Both the position numbers and the translations under genes were made by a program. Below, piece by piece: positions 24,389 to 36,014 of a stretch of 64,000 bases of DNA (its first letter is position 1; each line of letters begins with the position of its first letter). The stretch covers positions 29,760,001 to 29,824,000 of the forward strand of contig NC_043010.1 in the NCBI RefSeq assembly GCF_006345805.1, read 5' to 3'. Source of the stretch: Octopus sinensis (lineage: Eukaryota). The notes beneath the pieces are model-generated. The model did not search any database. It was not told where the DNA came from and saw only the letters and a program-made list of their open reading frames with translations.

Positions 24389-25089
24389 ATTATTATGATT
24401 ATGCATGTGTTTGTGTTTCCTTGTTTTGATGTTGCATGATTGTTGTAAATGAATTCCATTTCTTTCTAATATTGTGAAAACCTCTCTAGCCATGAGGAAT
24501 CAATACCTTGCTTGGAAAAAGGTAAGGATTGGCAAGAAGAAGGGCATCTGGTTGTACAAAATCTGCTTTAATAAACTCTGACTCATACAAGTATGTGAAA
24601 GTGGATATTCAATAACTTCTTCGTGTGCACCATTCAGTGGTTGTATTGCCATTAATCTGGATAATCTAACTTAAGTATGCCGTTGACCTGCTCGAGTTAC
24701 TTCTTATAGCTTATCTTCTGTTAATTTTACACACATGTATGTGTGGCTTTGACATGCATCTGCAAGGCTCCCATCTAAATTTCACTTACAAGGTGTTTTT
24801 TCAGTCAGAAGTTACAGTAGAAAACACTTGCCTAAGATACTGGAGTGGGTAAAAACAAACCTGTAAAAAGCAGAGGTAGAGATGGGTTATAGGTGGCAAC
24901 AAAAGTGGTTCAGAGAAAGATTACTAGCTGGCAGCATAGCATGGTGATGTTAGAGAGTATAGGATAGGGAGATGACAGTGGTCTAATGTAAACTTTATAA
25001 TTAGGTATACTGAAGGCCACGTGAGTAGAGTGATGAAGGTTTGATCAACACAGGTGACATGAAGATGAGAGATGGGGGGCCTATGAGTG

Positions 25090-25450
25090 ATAAGGAATGG
25101 GGCACACCTGTTTTTGATATTTGTTTCACTCTACTTCCATAAGTGGATGCCATCTCCAGACATGCATGTTGTCACTCAAAATAGTTCTTTATGGCATGAT
25201 ATGCAGTATCTTGAGACCATTCTTTGTCACTACATTCCACGTCTTCCTTGGTCTCCTTCCACTGATTCCATTCACTTTGAGCATAGAGCCCTGCTGTACT
25301 ACAGTTGTCATCCTTAATACACATCATATTGCCACACAAGCACGGTCTTCTCTTTTGCATACTGTGTCTGATTCCTTGAACATGTTTTTCTTTTGACACA
25401 TTTGTACTCTGTGGTTTATGCACACTGATATTACACATCTAGTAGAGCAT
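25090..25450 (-). mobile_element. Decayed RTE LINE C-terminal fragment
   Basis: MCNISVHKPQS...GIRHSMQKRRPCLCGNMMCIKDDNC is homologous to WICNVSVHTQQS...SIRCGVQERRLHWYGHVVRMDVNSC at 34875. Confidence 0.75.
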
Positions 25451-28400
25451 TCTCACTTCATATGTATTAGGTTAGGGTTAGGGATGAAACAAATATGAGA
25501 GTTGAGCTGTAATCTGTAGATGTGAGAGAGAAGACATCTGTGCTAAAAGGTGAACTGATAGAGAATGATAGATAAGCAACAGGCTTTGATTTGTGTGACC
25601 TAGAATAAAGCGAGTTGGGGTGGGTCCGGTAGATAATGAAAAATAAGGGCATTGTACAGCCTAATTTTATTCTGCTTGTTCCAGATCATGTTTTTTATAA
25701 TCTTTCAAATGTTGAAGATGTTAATGAAATTGATGTAGAAATATGTACTCACATAAGTAAAGCTTTTGATATGATAGATACCAATACCAAGTTAATAAGA
25801 AAGAGAAGAGTGAAACAGTTTGGCTGTTCAATAACTTTATAGTGCTGGCATTCTGCCAAGATTTCCCAAACTCTTTACCCTTTAGCATTTAAATTGGCAA
25901 TATCAGACCCAAATAGTTGATCTGTATTATGTTCAAACAGCCCAGATCTATCCTCTCATACCACTTCTACAATTCCATTCCAAAAATAAACAATTACATC
26001 ATTGGAATTTCAAAACTATGAGATAATGTATAATTAATTCAAAACAATGTAAATAAGCATTACATATGACAGAGTAATCTGAATGCAGTAGGGTTAAGCA
26101 AATAATAGATGACATCAAATCAGGAAGAGGTCAGCTTTTTTAGTTACTATTAGCAACAGTGGAGGGCAGAGCTTCAATTAAAGAGAGATTAAGTTTATCA
26201 CCTACCTGACAAGTTTTGAATTCAGAATGAAGAAAAATAAACTAATATCAGATATATTGCTGCAGATATGACTGTGTGGTAAAGAATCTTTGTAAATATG
26301 TAATTTCAGATTCAGTCCCACTGCATGGTACCTTGGGCAAGTTTCTTCTACAAAAGTCCTGGACCAACCAATGCCTTGTGAATGAATTTAGTAGATGGAA
26401 ACTGTATGGAGGCCTGTTGTGTTTTTATGTCTTTGTGTCTGTGTTTATCACTCCCACACACTACTGCTTGACAATTTGTGTTGGTTTGTAACTTAGTAAC
26501 TTGGCAAAAAAGACTGACAAAATAAGTACCAGACATTAAAAATTAGTACTGGGGGTGATTTGTTTGAGTAAACTCTTCAAAGCAGTGCCCCATCATGGCC
26601 ATAGGCCAATGACTGAAACAAGTAATAGATAAAAGGGATACATTTCACATTTCCTATTTGGAGGAGGGGGTGGAATATTCTTCAGTTTTTCTTAGCAAGA
26701 AAGGGTGAGTTGTGGCCTTCATACCAATAACTATGTATAACATATTCCTGAATATATTTTGATTTAATAAATATTTTGAAACTAAAAAATTTTGTGAGAA
26801 AATTATACTGCAGCCCAATTTAGCTGTGGGGTATCAGTTTGTTAGAAATAGTAGTCAAATTCTCTTCAAGATCCTATGCATTTAAACTGGACTGAATATT
26901 CTACATAATTTATGTTTGAACTGGTCAGATCCAGCCTCTCACACCTATTCTACAATGTGATTCTGAAAATAAACAATCACATCAAAATCTTAAAGCTGAA
27001 AGATAATGCAAAAGAATGCTAATAAATATGCATTACATTTAACAGAGTAATCTGAATGCTGAAGGGTTAAAGAGAGATGTCTTTGATCATATCTGCCACA
27101 GTCAGAGCTAAATAACCAGCACCAACATTAGATATTTGTATTCTGAGTTCAAATTCCACTGTGACTGGTAGATTTAACTTGTCACCCAACTTAACACCCC
27201 ACTTGACAACTTGGATGCCTTTAGCAGAATCTAGTCTGTTGCAAGCATATAGGTCAGGTCTATGGTTTGACTCTTTATTTAAACCTACCATATCAGGCCA
27301 AAGTATTCTACCCGTTTTATGTTCGAACTGGGCAGAGCTGGCCTCTCACACCTATCCTACAGTGTCACTCAAAATAAATAAATCACATCGCCAAAATCTT
27401 GAAGCTCTGCAGATAATGTATGATTTATTCTAAACAATGTGAATCAATAAGCATCACATTTGACAGAATAATCTGAATGCTAAAGGGTTAGGCATGCCTT
27501 CCTCCCTTTCTCCAACTAGTCTTAGAGACCCTCTAAAGTGTCAAGGGTACTGCCTTCCCTCCTGACTAAAAGACAAAAATATACCATGTCCTAGAAAATA
27601 TGACCTGCTTGACTCACAAACACTAATCAATGCTTCATTGTAGATCTGTTGTTTCCTTTTTCTATTGACACTTGTTGAGTGTAGTGACAGACTTACCGTG
27701 AATCTTGTTGATTAGAGGGTTTGTTGGGTGACATTGTTCCATTATTATGGCTTCCAGAACTAATAAGAACTGGTCCGGGAAGTGGGTGGTGGGGAGGCAG
27801 TCTCTGCACCAGGCAGGAATTTTGTGGTTGTTGAGATTTAACTCCCATTTGAAATTTGTGTTTTTTTTTTTTTAGCAGAGTAAAACATAATTCAAGCATT
27901 CAAGCCAGGTCACTTAACCCCTACCACTTGCAGTCTTGGAATCCTTGAAAAGGGGTTGTGGATATTGCCTTTCCACTTCTGAGTCCGCTATTAGAAAGAA
28001 AAAAAGGAAAACAAAAAACTAAATGTCCCCTAAATTGATTTTGTGTATGTCATCGTCATCATCACCATCAAGGTCATCACCACCATCATCATCATCACAT
28101 CCTCTTCCTCCTCCTCCTATTCCTTGTCATCATAATTGTTACCACCATCATCATCATCATTGTCATCCTCATTGCTCTAATATTCAATATCCCATACTGG
28201 TATTGATCAGGCCAGTCTACAGTAACAATTTGTCACCATTTATCTCATTACTGAGAGTCAACATCCCGAATTCTTTCAGTGTCTTGTCTGAAAGGCAGTG
28301 AGGAAGCCTCTACATGGTTGTTCAATTTGCTAAGCATAGCAGCCAAATATCTCTGAAATCACAATAGGCTATTTTCTTTTTTTGTTTTTCTAAGAAAAGT

Positions 28401-29209
28401 ACATACTAGACAATGAGATATAGAAAAACACCAGATGTGACATAGATTGACCACCTTTGATCAGTCTAGTCTGCTGAAACCCAGCTGACCTAGGGTTAAA
28501 CAACAAGTGTAGAAAAGTCATTAGTTTTTTTATCCTGTTAAAAAGAAATCAATATATAGGTGCAGGCATGGTTGTGTGGTCGAGAAGCTTGCCTTGCAAC
28601 TACATGGTTTCAGGTTCAGTCCCACTGTGTGGCACCTTGGGTGAGTTTTCTACTGAAACTTTGGAGTGATCAGTGCCTTGTGAGTGAATCAGGTAGATGA
28701 AAACTGTGGAAGCCTGTCTGTGTGTGTGTGTTTATGTTTATCTCCCACCATCACTTGGCAACCAGTGTTGGTTTGCTTATATTCTTATAACTTAGTGGTT
28801 TGGCAAAAAGGAACAATAGAATAAGTATTAGATTTAATAATAAGTAATGGCATCAATATGTTTGACTAAACCCTTCAAATCAGTTCCCTGCTTGGCTGCA
28901 GACCAATAACTGAAACAAGTAAAAGATACATGAAAGATATGAGTTGTACTTTCGTTTTTTAGTCATAAATCCACTTTATTCAAGTAGACCTATGATCAAA
29001 GGCATCCTAGCCTTAACCACCTGATTGTTTAGCCACAGCCCATCTTCTAGGAGGCTGAGCAACACATAAACATTTACCTGGTCATTCTGTCTGCTCACTA
29101 TTCTCTGATCATTTTATCTGTTGCTCTGCAGATTCTTCAACACAGCAACTCTGTTACAATGTCTAAATCAAAAACATGTTTAAAATATCATACACCAGGT
29201 GTCACATTA

Positions 29210-29440
29210 TGGCGAGCTGGCAGAAACGTTAGCACACCGGGCGAAATGCGTAGCCGTATTTCGTCTGCCGTTACGTTCTGAGTTCAAATTCCGTCAAGGT
29301 CGACTTTGCCTTTCATCCTTTCGGGGTCAATAAATTAAGTACCAGTTAATCACTGGGGTCGATGTAATTGACTTAATCCGTTTGTCGGTCCTTGTTTGTC
29401 CCCTCTGTGTTTAGCCCCTTGTGGGTAGTAAAGAAATAGA
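29210..29440 (+). mobile_element. Young family B SINE with 10-bp TSD
   Basis: GGCGAGCTGGCAGAAACGTTAGC...GTAAAGAAATA with CpGs intact. TSD TGTCACATTA at 29200-29209 and 29441-29450. Confidence 0.88.
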
Positions 29441-31171
29441 TGTCACATTACTGTTGTGAGTGGAGAGTTTTCAACTAGTGTCACATCTAACATGCAGTGA
29501 TCCATATACAGAAAGGTTACATCAGCTGTTGGTTAATGAGTTCTTAGAAACCAGTGAGGAAGCCTCTAAGTGGTTGCTTGATATATTAGAAAAAATAATC
29601 AAATCCCTCTCAAAACTCCACATTTACCATCCTGCCATAAAAACGAAAATCAGAGCCATTACATGCAAATGAGTATGATTTAGCATTATATACCATACTG
29701 AGGCAGCAAGCTCAGCTGGAAAAAATGAGCAGTACTTGTAATTCAAAGGTCCAGCTTTGTTACATTGTGTCACACTGAATCTTCCTGAGAACTATGTTAA
29801 GGGTGTGCATGTCTGTGGAGTGCTCAGCCACTTGCATGTTAATTTCACAAGCAGGTTTTTCCATTGACTAGATCAATTGGAACCATCATCATCATAACTG
29901 ATGGAATACAAAAAAAAGACAGCAGGAAGCTGGTAGAATCATTACCATGCTGGATAGAACACTTAGCATCATTTCTTCAGGCTTTCATGCTGGGTTCAAA
30001 TGCCACTGAGGTAAACTTTGCTTTTCATCCTTTCAGGATCAATAAAATAAAGTACTTGCAATTAGAAAGAATTATTACAGGTAAAGAACTAGCAGAATCT
30101 TTAGCTCACCAGGTAAAATGCTTAAGCAACATTTCATCCATCTTTACGTTATGAGTTCAAAACCTGCCAAGGTTAACTTTGCCTTTTATCCTTTCAGGTT
30201 GATGAAATATGTATGAGGTAAGCACTGCGGTCAATGTAATCAACTAGCAACCTCCAGCCCTAGCCTCAACATTTCAGGCCAATAGTAAACAGGAGTATTA
30301 TATACCATGCTTTTGCTAATTGTTCTGTGTAAGTAAATGTCCTATTTTTGACACACACTGAAACATCCAGGATGTGCCATCTGGAAGAAGATAGGGCTGC
30401 ACCAGTACTGTGTTGGTACTCATCTTCAGTTAAGTGCCTTGCTCAAGGAGACAGTACACAACTAGGTCCAGGAATTGAGCCCACAACCTTATGAATGTGA
30501 GCCTAACATTGTGACCACTAGGCCACATGCCTAGTGCATTGTACTGGAATAACTATTAATGCGGTAAAAAGGTCATGAATGGAATATTTTGATTAGAATG
30601 TACTAAAAATAACAACAGCAAAAATGGCAACAATAATCTATGGTTAAGAACTGAAAGCAGAGTAACTTTAACACAAAACACAGTTATGATAAATGAAACA
30701 AGTTTTATTTTTCAACTGTAGTCAGATACAGTAGTAAAAGGGGTTAAAACAACAGGGGGTGGGGTGATTGGGCAGGGGTAGGGTTGGAGTGAGAAATAAA
30801 TATATTTTTTATAAATATTGTTTTTTTTTGCTTTGTTCTTTTTCTTAAATTTTCGTTAACAAACTTTTGATCCCTGCTCTCAACATTTGAGAAGGAATCA
30901 GTGGAACAAACACAACAAAAACAACCAGTCTAAAAGATTAAAATTTTGACCATATTTGGTAAATGAAACAACAATAACAGCAACAACAACAGCAACAACA
31001 GATGTGAACACCAGAAAACATGGTATTTCAACATCTGGAATAAACAACCGACACCAGAAATTACAACATAAACCAATGATTCAGTGTATGGTGCCACCAA
31101 AAAAAAAAAATAAATAAATAAATAAAAGACCACCCTTCTTTTAATGCCCCTCTTGGGGGTAAGGGAGCATT

Positions 31172-32791
31172 TTATAAAGTCTTGTTTGCTTCGGCAATGT
31201 TCTTCGTAGCAACAGGCTGTGTTGGGCCAATCTGGGTGTTTATTGGGTACATGTGGGTGGCTGCCATTTGAATAGCTGGGAAAATCTGTGAAGTTGATGG
31301 AGACATTTGAATAGTGGGGAATATTTGAGTGATGGGAACACTGGTGATATGATGAAGTTGTTGGTGGCCTGACGCTGCTAACTCTTCAGTGTCTGCAGTT
31401 TCAGATGTCAACGCAGGACCTGGTTGCTGCAAACATGGTGTCAAGTGCTGAGAAATGTTGTTGGCAGTGGTAGTGGTGGTGGTGGTGGTAGGGGTAGTAG
31501 TGGTGATGTTTGGGTCAAAGCTCTCCGAACAAGAAATGTCGGTAGCATTATTGTTGTTACTGTTATTATCAGCTGCTTCTTCATTTGCAATTCTGTTGAC
31601 ATTTTCATCATTATTATGTATTTGATCAGTAGAGTCATTCAGATGGTGTTGTAGAAGTTCTTGTGATCCACAACCGACAGAGGAACCTTGATAACCATCC
31701 TTGTTATGTAATGGGACACAGCTGAATTTTCTTTCCCCTTTATTTGGCCGATTGTGTCGAATGAGATGATCATTTCGGGAAAAAGCATAATCACATATGG
31801 TGCACCTATATGGCCGCTCTCCAGAATGTATTCGATGATGCACTTTGAGATAAGAACGTCGAGAGAATGCCTTGTTGCACACCTTGCATGAATAGAGTTT
31901 CAACCCTTTGTGTGTGATGATGTGTCGTTTCAGATTGTCCTGACGGGAGAAAGACTTGCCACACAGATGACATCTATAAGGTAACACCGCTGCGTGGATA
32001 CGCTTGTGGATGTTCACATGGGATGTCTGTGAAAAAGCTTTCCAGCAAATATCACAGTTGAAAGGATTGCTGCCAGCCCGCTGTGCAGATCCCTGGCATG
32101 ACTGAATACTCCGATGAGCTTTGCTATTGCTAGTTACATGCTGGTGTTCTTGTGAAGAGAACTGTCCCATTTCACAGCCCATACTACAGTTGTAAGAGTC
32201 TTCTGGACAGGCCTCTTTACAACTTGAGCAATCATTCACTGGGCACCTACAGGCAACAGCATTTGACTGAAAATGATTGTTGTGATTATTGTTGCAGCTA
32301 TCCATGCATTGGCCGTTTGAAGCACTCTGTCCTGACAATTGTTGATTGGCATGTGTATTGAGACAGCTTTTGCTGTTTGTAACAAATTGTTGGTTAGCAT
32401 GATGAGTCCGTATGTGTCGGACAAGGTGGTCACTCCGGCTAAAGGCATAGCCACAAATGTTACATTTGAATGGACGTTCTCCACTGTGCGTTCGCCGGTG
32501 AACTTTTAGATAGGAACTTTGGGCGAAAGACTTGCTGCATATATCACAGTGATACAGCTTTTCACCTTGGTGAATGCGACGGTGGCGTTCTAAGTTGTCA
32601 TAACGACTGAACACTTTGCCACATAAATCACAGCTAGAAGGCTTCTGCCTGCTAGAAGAAACATTTGTCACAGTAGGTGTTTGTGCAATAAGGGTGTTTC
32701 CTGTTAGAGCTAAATTGGCATTTTGGTTAACATTTTTAGCCAAGGTTTGCAAATCTGTACTTATTTCACTAGAACCTACAACATCCACCAT
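31172..32791 (-). CDS. C2H2 zinc-finger protein, 539 aa, 3+4 finger clusters
   Basis: Six complete fingers and a seventh lacking its last His, with GEKLY/SGERPF-type linkers. Candidate acceptor (TTTCCTTTCAG on minus) near 33528. Candidate AATAAA on minus at 30704-30709. Confidence 0.93.
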   Translation of the reverse strand: MVDVVGSSEISTDLQTLAKNVNQNANLALTGNTLIAQTPTVTNVSSSRQKPSSCDLCGKVFSRYDNLERHRRIHQGEKLYHCDICSKSFAQSSYLKVHRRTHSGERPFKCNICGYAFSRSDHLVRHIRTHHANQQFVTNSKSCLNTHANQQLSGQSASNGQCMDSCNNNHNNHFQSNAVACRCPVNDCSSCKEACPEDSYNCSMGCEMGQFSSQEHQHVTSNSKAHRSIQSCQGSAQRAGSNPFNCDICWKAFSQTSHVNIHKRIHAAVLPYRCHLCGKSFSRQDNLKRHIITHKGLKLYSCKVCNKAFSRRSYLKVHHRIHSGERPYRCTICDYAFSRNDHLIRHNRPNKGERKFSCVPLHNKDGYQGSSVGCGSQELLQHHLNDSTDQIHNNDENVNRIANEEAADNNSNNNNATDISCSESFDPNITTTTPTTTTTTTTANNISQHLTPCLQQPGPALTSETADTEELAASGHQQLHHITSVPITQIFPTIQMSPSTSQIFPAIQMAATHMYPINTQIGPTQPVATKNIAEANKTL

Positions 32792-34520
32792 TTTATAATA
32801 ATTTATATTTTCGGCAACAATTGCAGCTTTTTTAACAAAAAAATTAAATAATTCTCTGCCCTATTTTTTCTAATTTTATGTGACATTCAGAATCTAACTA
32901 TTCCTCTCAGGTAATTCCATGACCTCAAATGTCCAGAAAAGTCTTTAGAGTTTTACTTAAGACAAGTTAGTTCATGAACATAACAATTTGTTTAGTAGAT
33001 ATAACATTCCAGCATACTATATCAATGATGCCAACAGATTTCCAATTCATAAATAAATACATTATTATTTATGTTATTTTTAACAAAGACAGATGCTAAA
33101 ACTAAATTTTTTTCTTCTTTTTCTTTTTTGATTTAGAATTAGCATAGCAAAACAAAGACTAATTGAATTCTGACATATAGCCCAAATACCTTGTATAGAG
33201 GTATCAGGAGAAATAACAATTACATGCTTTTTGAAGGATATTTTAAAATAACCCTTCTACCTCATTTAAAAGGAACAAGATGAAAACAATGATATGTAAT
33301 AAATACAGTTGTCATGGCAGTTTCAGTAACTCTTCTATTTTATCTTCAAATGTGATTAAACAGCAAATTATTTGGAAGTTGGTAAAATTATAAGAGATTC
33401 AGTTGGTAGAAATAAATATTTTCTTGAGGTAAGAAATGGTGGGTGAGATAGACAGGAAGTTGGAGGAATATGGCAGTGATAGAGACAGCTGTCAAGTCTG
33501 TAAGTCTGATATTCCAATGAGATGTTTCTGAAAGGAAATTTTTAGAAAAAATATAAAATCAGTTAATGTAAATAATCATTAAAAGCAAATAATTATTTGA
33601 AAATAACTACTTGTCAATAATTTAAAGTACTAACTACTCATTATGCACTTATTTATTGTATTTTAGGGAAACCCATGCTAGCATGGAAAGCGGACGCTAA
33701 ATGATGATGATGATGAGGAGGAGGAGGAGGAGGAGGAGGAGGAGCAAAGTTTATAAATATCAACTTGTTAACAACAAACTCCACACATTCAACATATCAG
33801 AAGAAAGTATTTAATGGGTTTCAATATTCATTGGATCCAATCTGGAATAATCAGGAATTAGTTTCATGCCTTTAGTCTTTAATATTACAAATTCTTCCAA
33901 GAACCATTCCATCTAGAATACTTTTTCTCCAAAAAGGGTCATCATCATCATAATCATCATCATCATCATTATTTTGTAGGCTCATTGCATTGTTTCATAC
34001 TAGAGCCTCTTTTTGAAGCCTGACAAAGTTCTAAGATTACATGCTTGTTGAGGTCTTTCCCAGACATTCTTTTACTCATACAGACACAGATACACACACA
34101 CACACATCACAGGAGTGACTGTGTGGTAGGAAATTTGCTACCCCATCACATGGTTTTGAGTTCAGTCCCACTGCATGGCATTTTGAGAAAACGTCTTCTA
34201 ATATAGCTTTAGGCTGACCAGAACCTTGTGAGAGGAATTGTTAAACAGAAAATAAAAGAAGTCCGTCGTGCGCGCGTGTGTGTGTCTGTGTTTATCCATC
34301 CCCTTGACACGGCTTGATAGCTGGCGTGTTTACATCCCCACAACTTAGCAGTTTCACAAAAGAGACTGATAGAATAAGTACCAGGCTTATAAAAAAAATG
34401 TACTGGGGTCAAATCATTCGACTAAAATTCCTGACAGTGGTTCCTCAGCATGGCCAGAGGCTAATGACTGAAACAAATAGCGGAAATAAAGAAAGGATGG
34501 TAGGAAGGAAAGAAGGTAGG

Positions 34521-34663
<143 letters not shown>

Positions 34664-34847
34664 ATACTGATATACAGAGACAGGTGCAGATATAGTTGTG
34701 TGGTTAAGAAATTTACTTTGCAACCAGATGGTTTTGGAGCTTGATCCCAGTGCACAGTACCTTGGTTAAGTCTATTCTACTAGAGTTCTACTCTGATCAA
34801 TGCTTTGTAAGGAAATTTGATAGCCAAAACCTGCAGGAAGCCAACTG

Positions 34848-35646
34848 CGTAAGCTCGCAAGGAATGAAGCTAGTATGCTCCGATGGATATGTAATGTCAG
34901 TGTGCATACTCAACAGAGTGTTAGTACCTTGAGAGAAAAGCTGGACCTAAGAAGCATCAGATGTGGTGTGCAAGAGAGACGACTGCACTGGTATGGCCAT
35001 GTGGTGAGAATGGATGTGAATAGCTGTGTGAAAAAGTGCCACACCCTAGTGGTTGAGGGTACCTGTGGAAGAGGTAGACCCAGGAAGACTTGGGATGAGG
35101 TGGTGAAGCATGACCTTCGAACATTGGGCCTCACCGAGGCAATGACTAGTGATCAGGACCTTTGGAAATATGCTGTGCTTGAAAAGACTCGGCAAGCTCA
35201 AGTGAGACCATAACCTTGTGGCCTATGCCAGGGGTGTAACCAGCCCACTTATGCATACCTTTCCTTCATTGGACACTAAACTCTACTTGCGAAGACCTTG
35301 TCAAGGCAAGTGAAATCGAAATCGAAATCAAATTCGATGACTGGCACCCATGCCAGTGGAGGACTAAGAGTACCATACAAGCGTGATTGTTGCCAGAGCA
35401 ACAAGCTGGCCTCCTTGCCGGTGGCACGTAAAAAACACCATTCGAGTGTGATCGTTACCTGCGTCACCTTACTGGCACTTGTGCTGGTAGCATGTGAAAA
35501 AACTTTTGAGTGAGATCGTTGCCAGTGCTGCTGGACTGGCCCCTGTGCAGGTGGCACACAAAAAGCACCATTTGAGTGTGGCCGTTGCCAGTACCGCATG
35601 ACTGGCCCTCGTGCCGGTGGCACATAAAAGCACCCACTACACTCTC
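34848..35646 (+). mobile_element. RTE-clade LINE 3' portion (end of RT ORF plus 3' UTR)
   Basis: RNEASMLRW...RRLHWYGHVVRM...GRGRPRKTWDEVVKHDL...DQDLWKYAV is a typical RTE C-terminus. The UTR carries repeated GGTGGCACGTAAAAA-like units. Confidence 0.9.
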
Positions 35647-35655
35647 AGGCAGTAA

Positions 35656-35710
<55 letters not shown>

Positions 35711-35966
35711 TTTTTAATTTAATTATTTATTTATTTTTTAAAATTTTATTTTTATGTATTAGACATTCACTAGTACAACACCAAAAAAAAACGGAACCCC
35801 CACCCCAAATATATGGCACAGAACTTCCAACCTGTTGTCTTTTGAGGTCTCTGGGTGAGACTTGGAGCCAACTTGTACAGACATAAAGCAAAAGTCAAAC
35901 ATAGAATAATAGTAATAATAACAACATCAAAAAATAGGAATGAGAACCCAGGTTCGAAATTTCCCT

Positions 35967-36014
35967 AAGACACCTGATGAAGGCTGGAGGATATATCAGC
36001 CAAAACATTGTGTT
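35967..36014 (+). ncRNA. Decayed minimal type I hammerhead ribozyme in a Penelope-like remnant
   Basis: ACAC-CTGATGA(35974)-A-GGCTG/CAGCC stem II-AAAACATT-GTGT. This fits ACAC CUGAUGA...GAAACGUU GUGU after two CpG-to-CpA changes. Confidence 0.6.
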
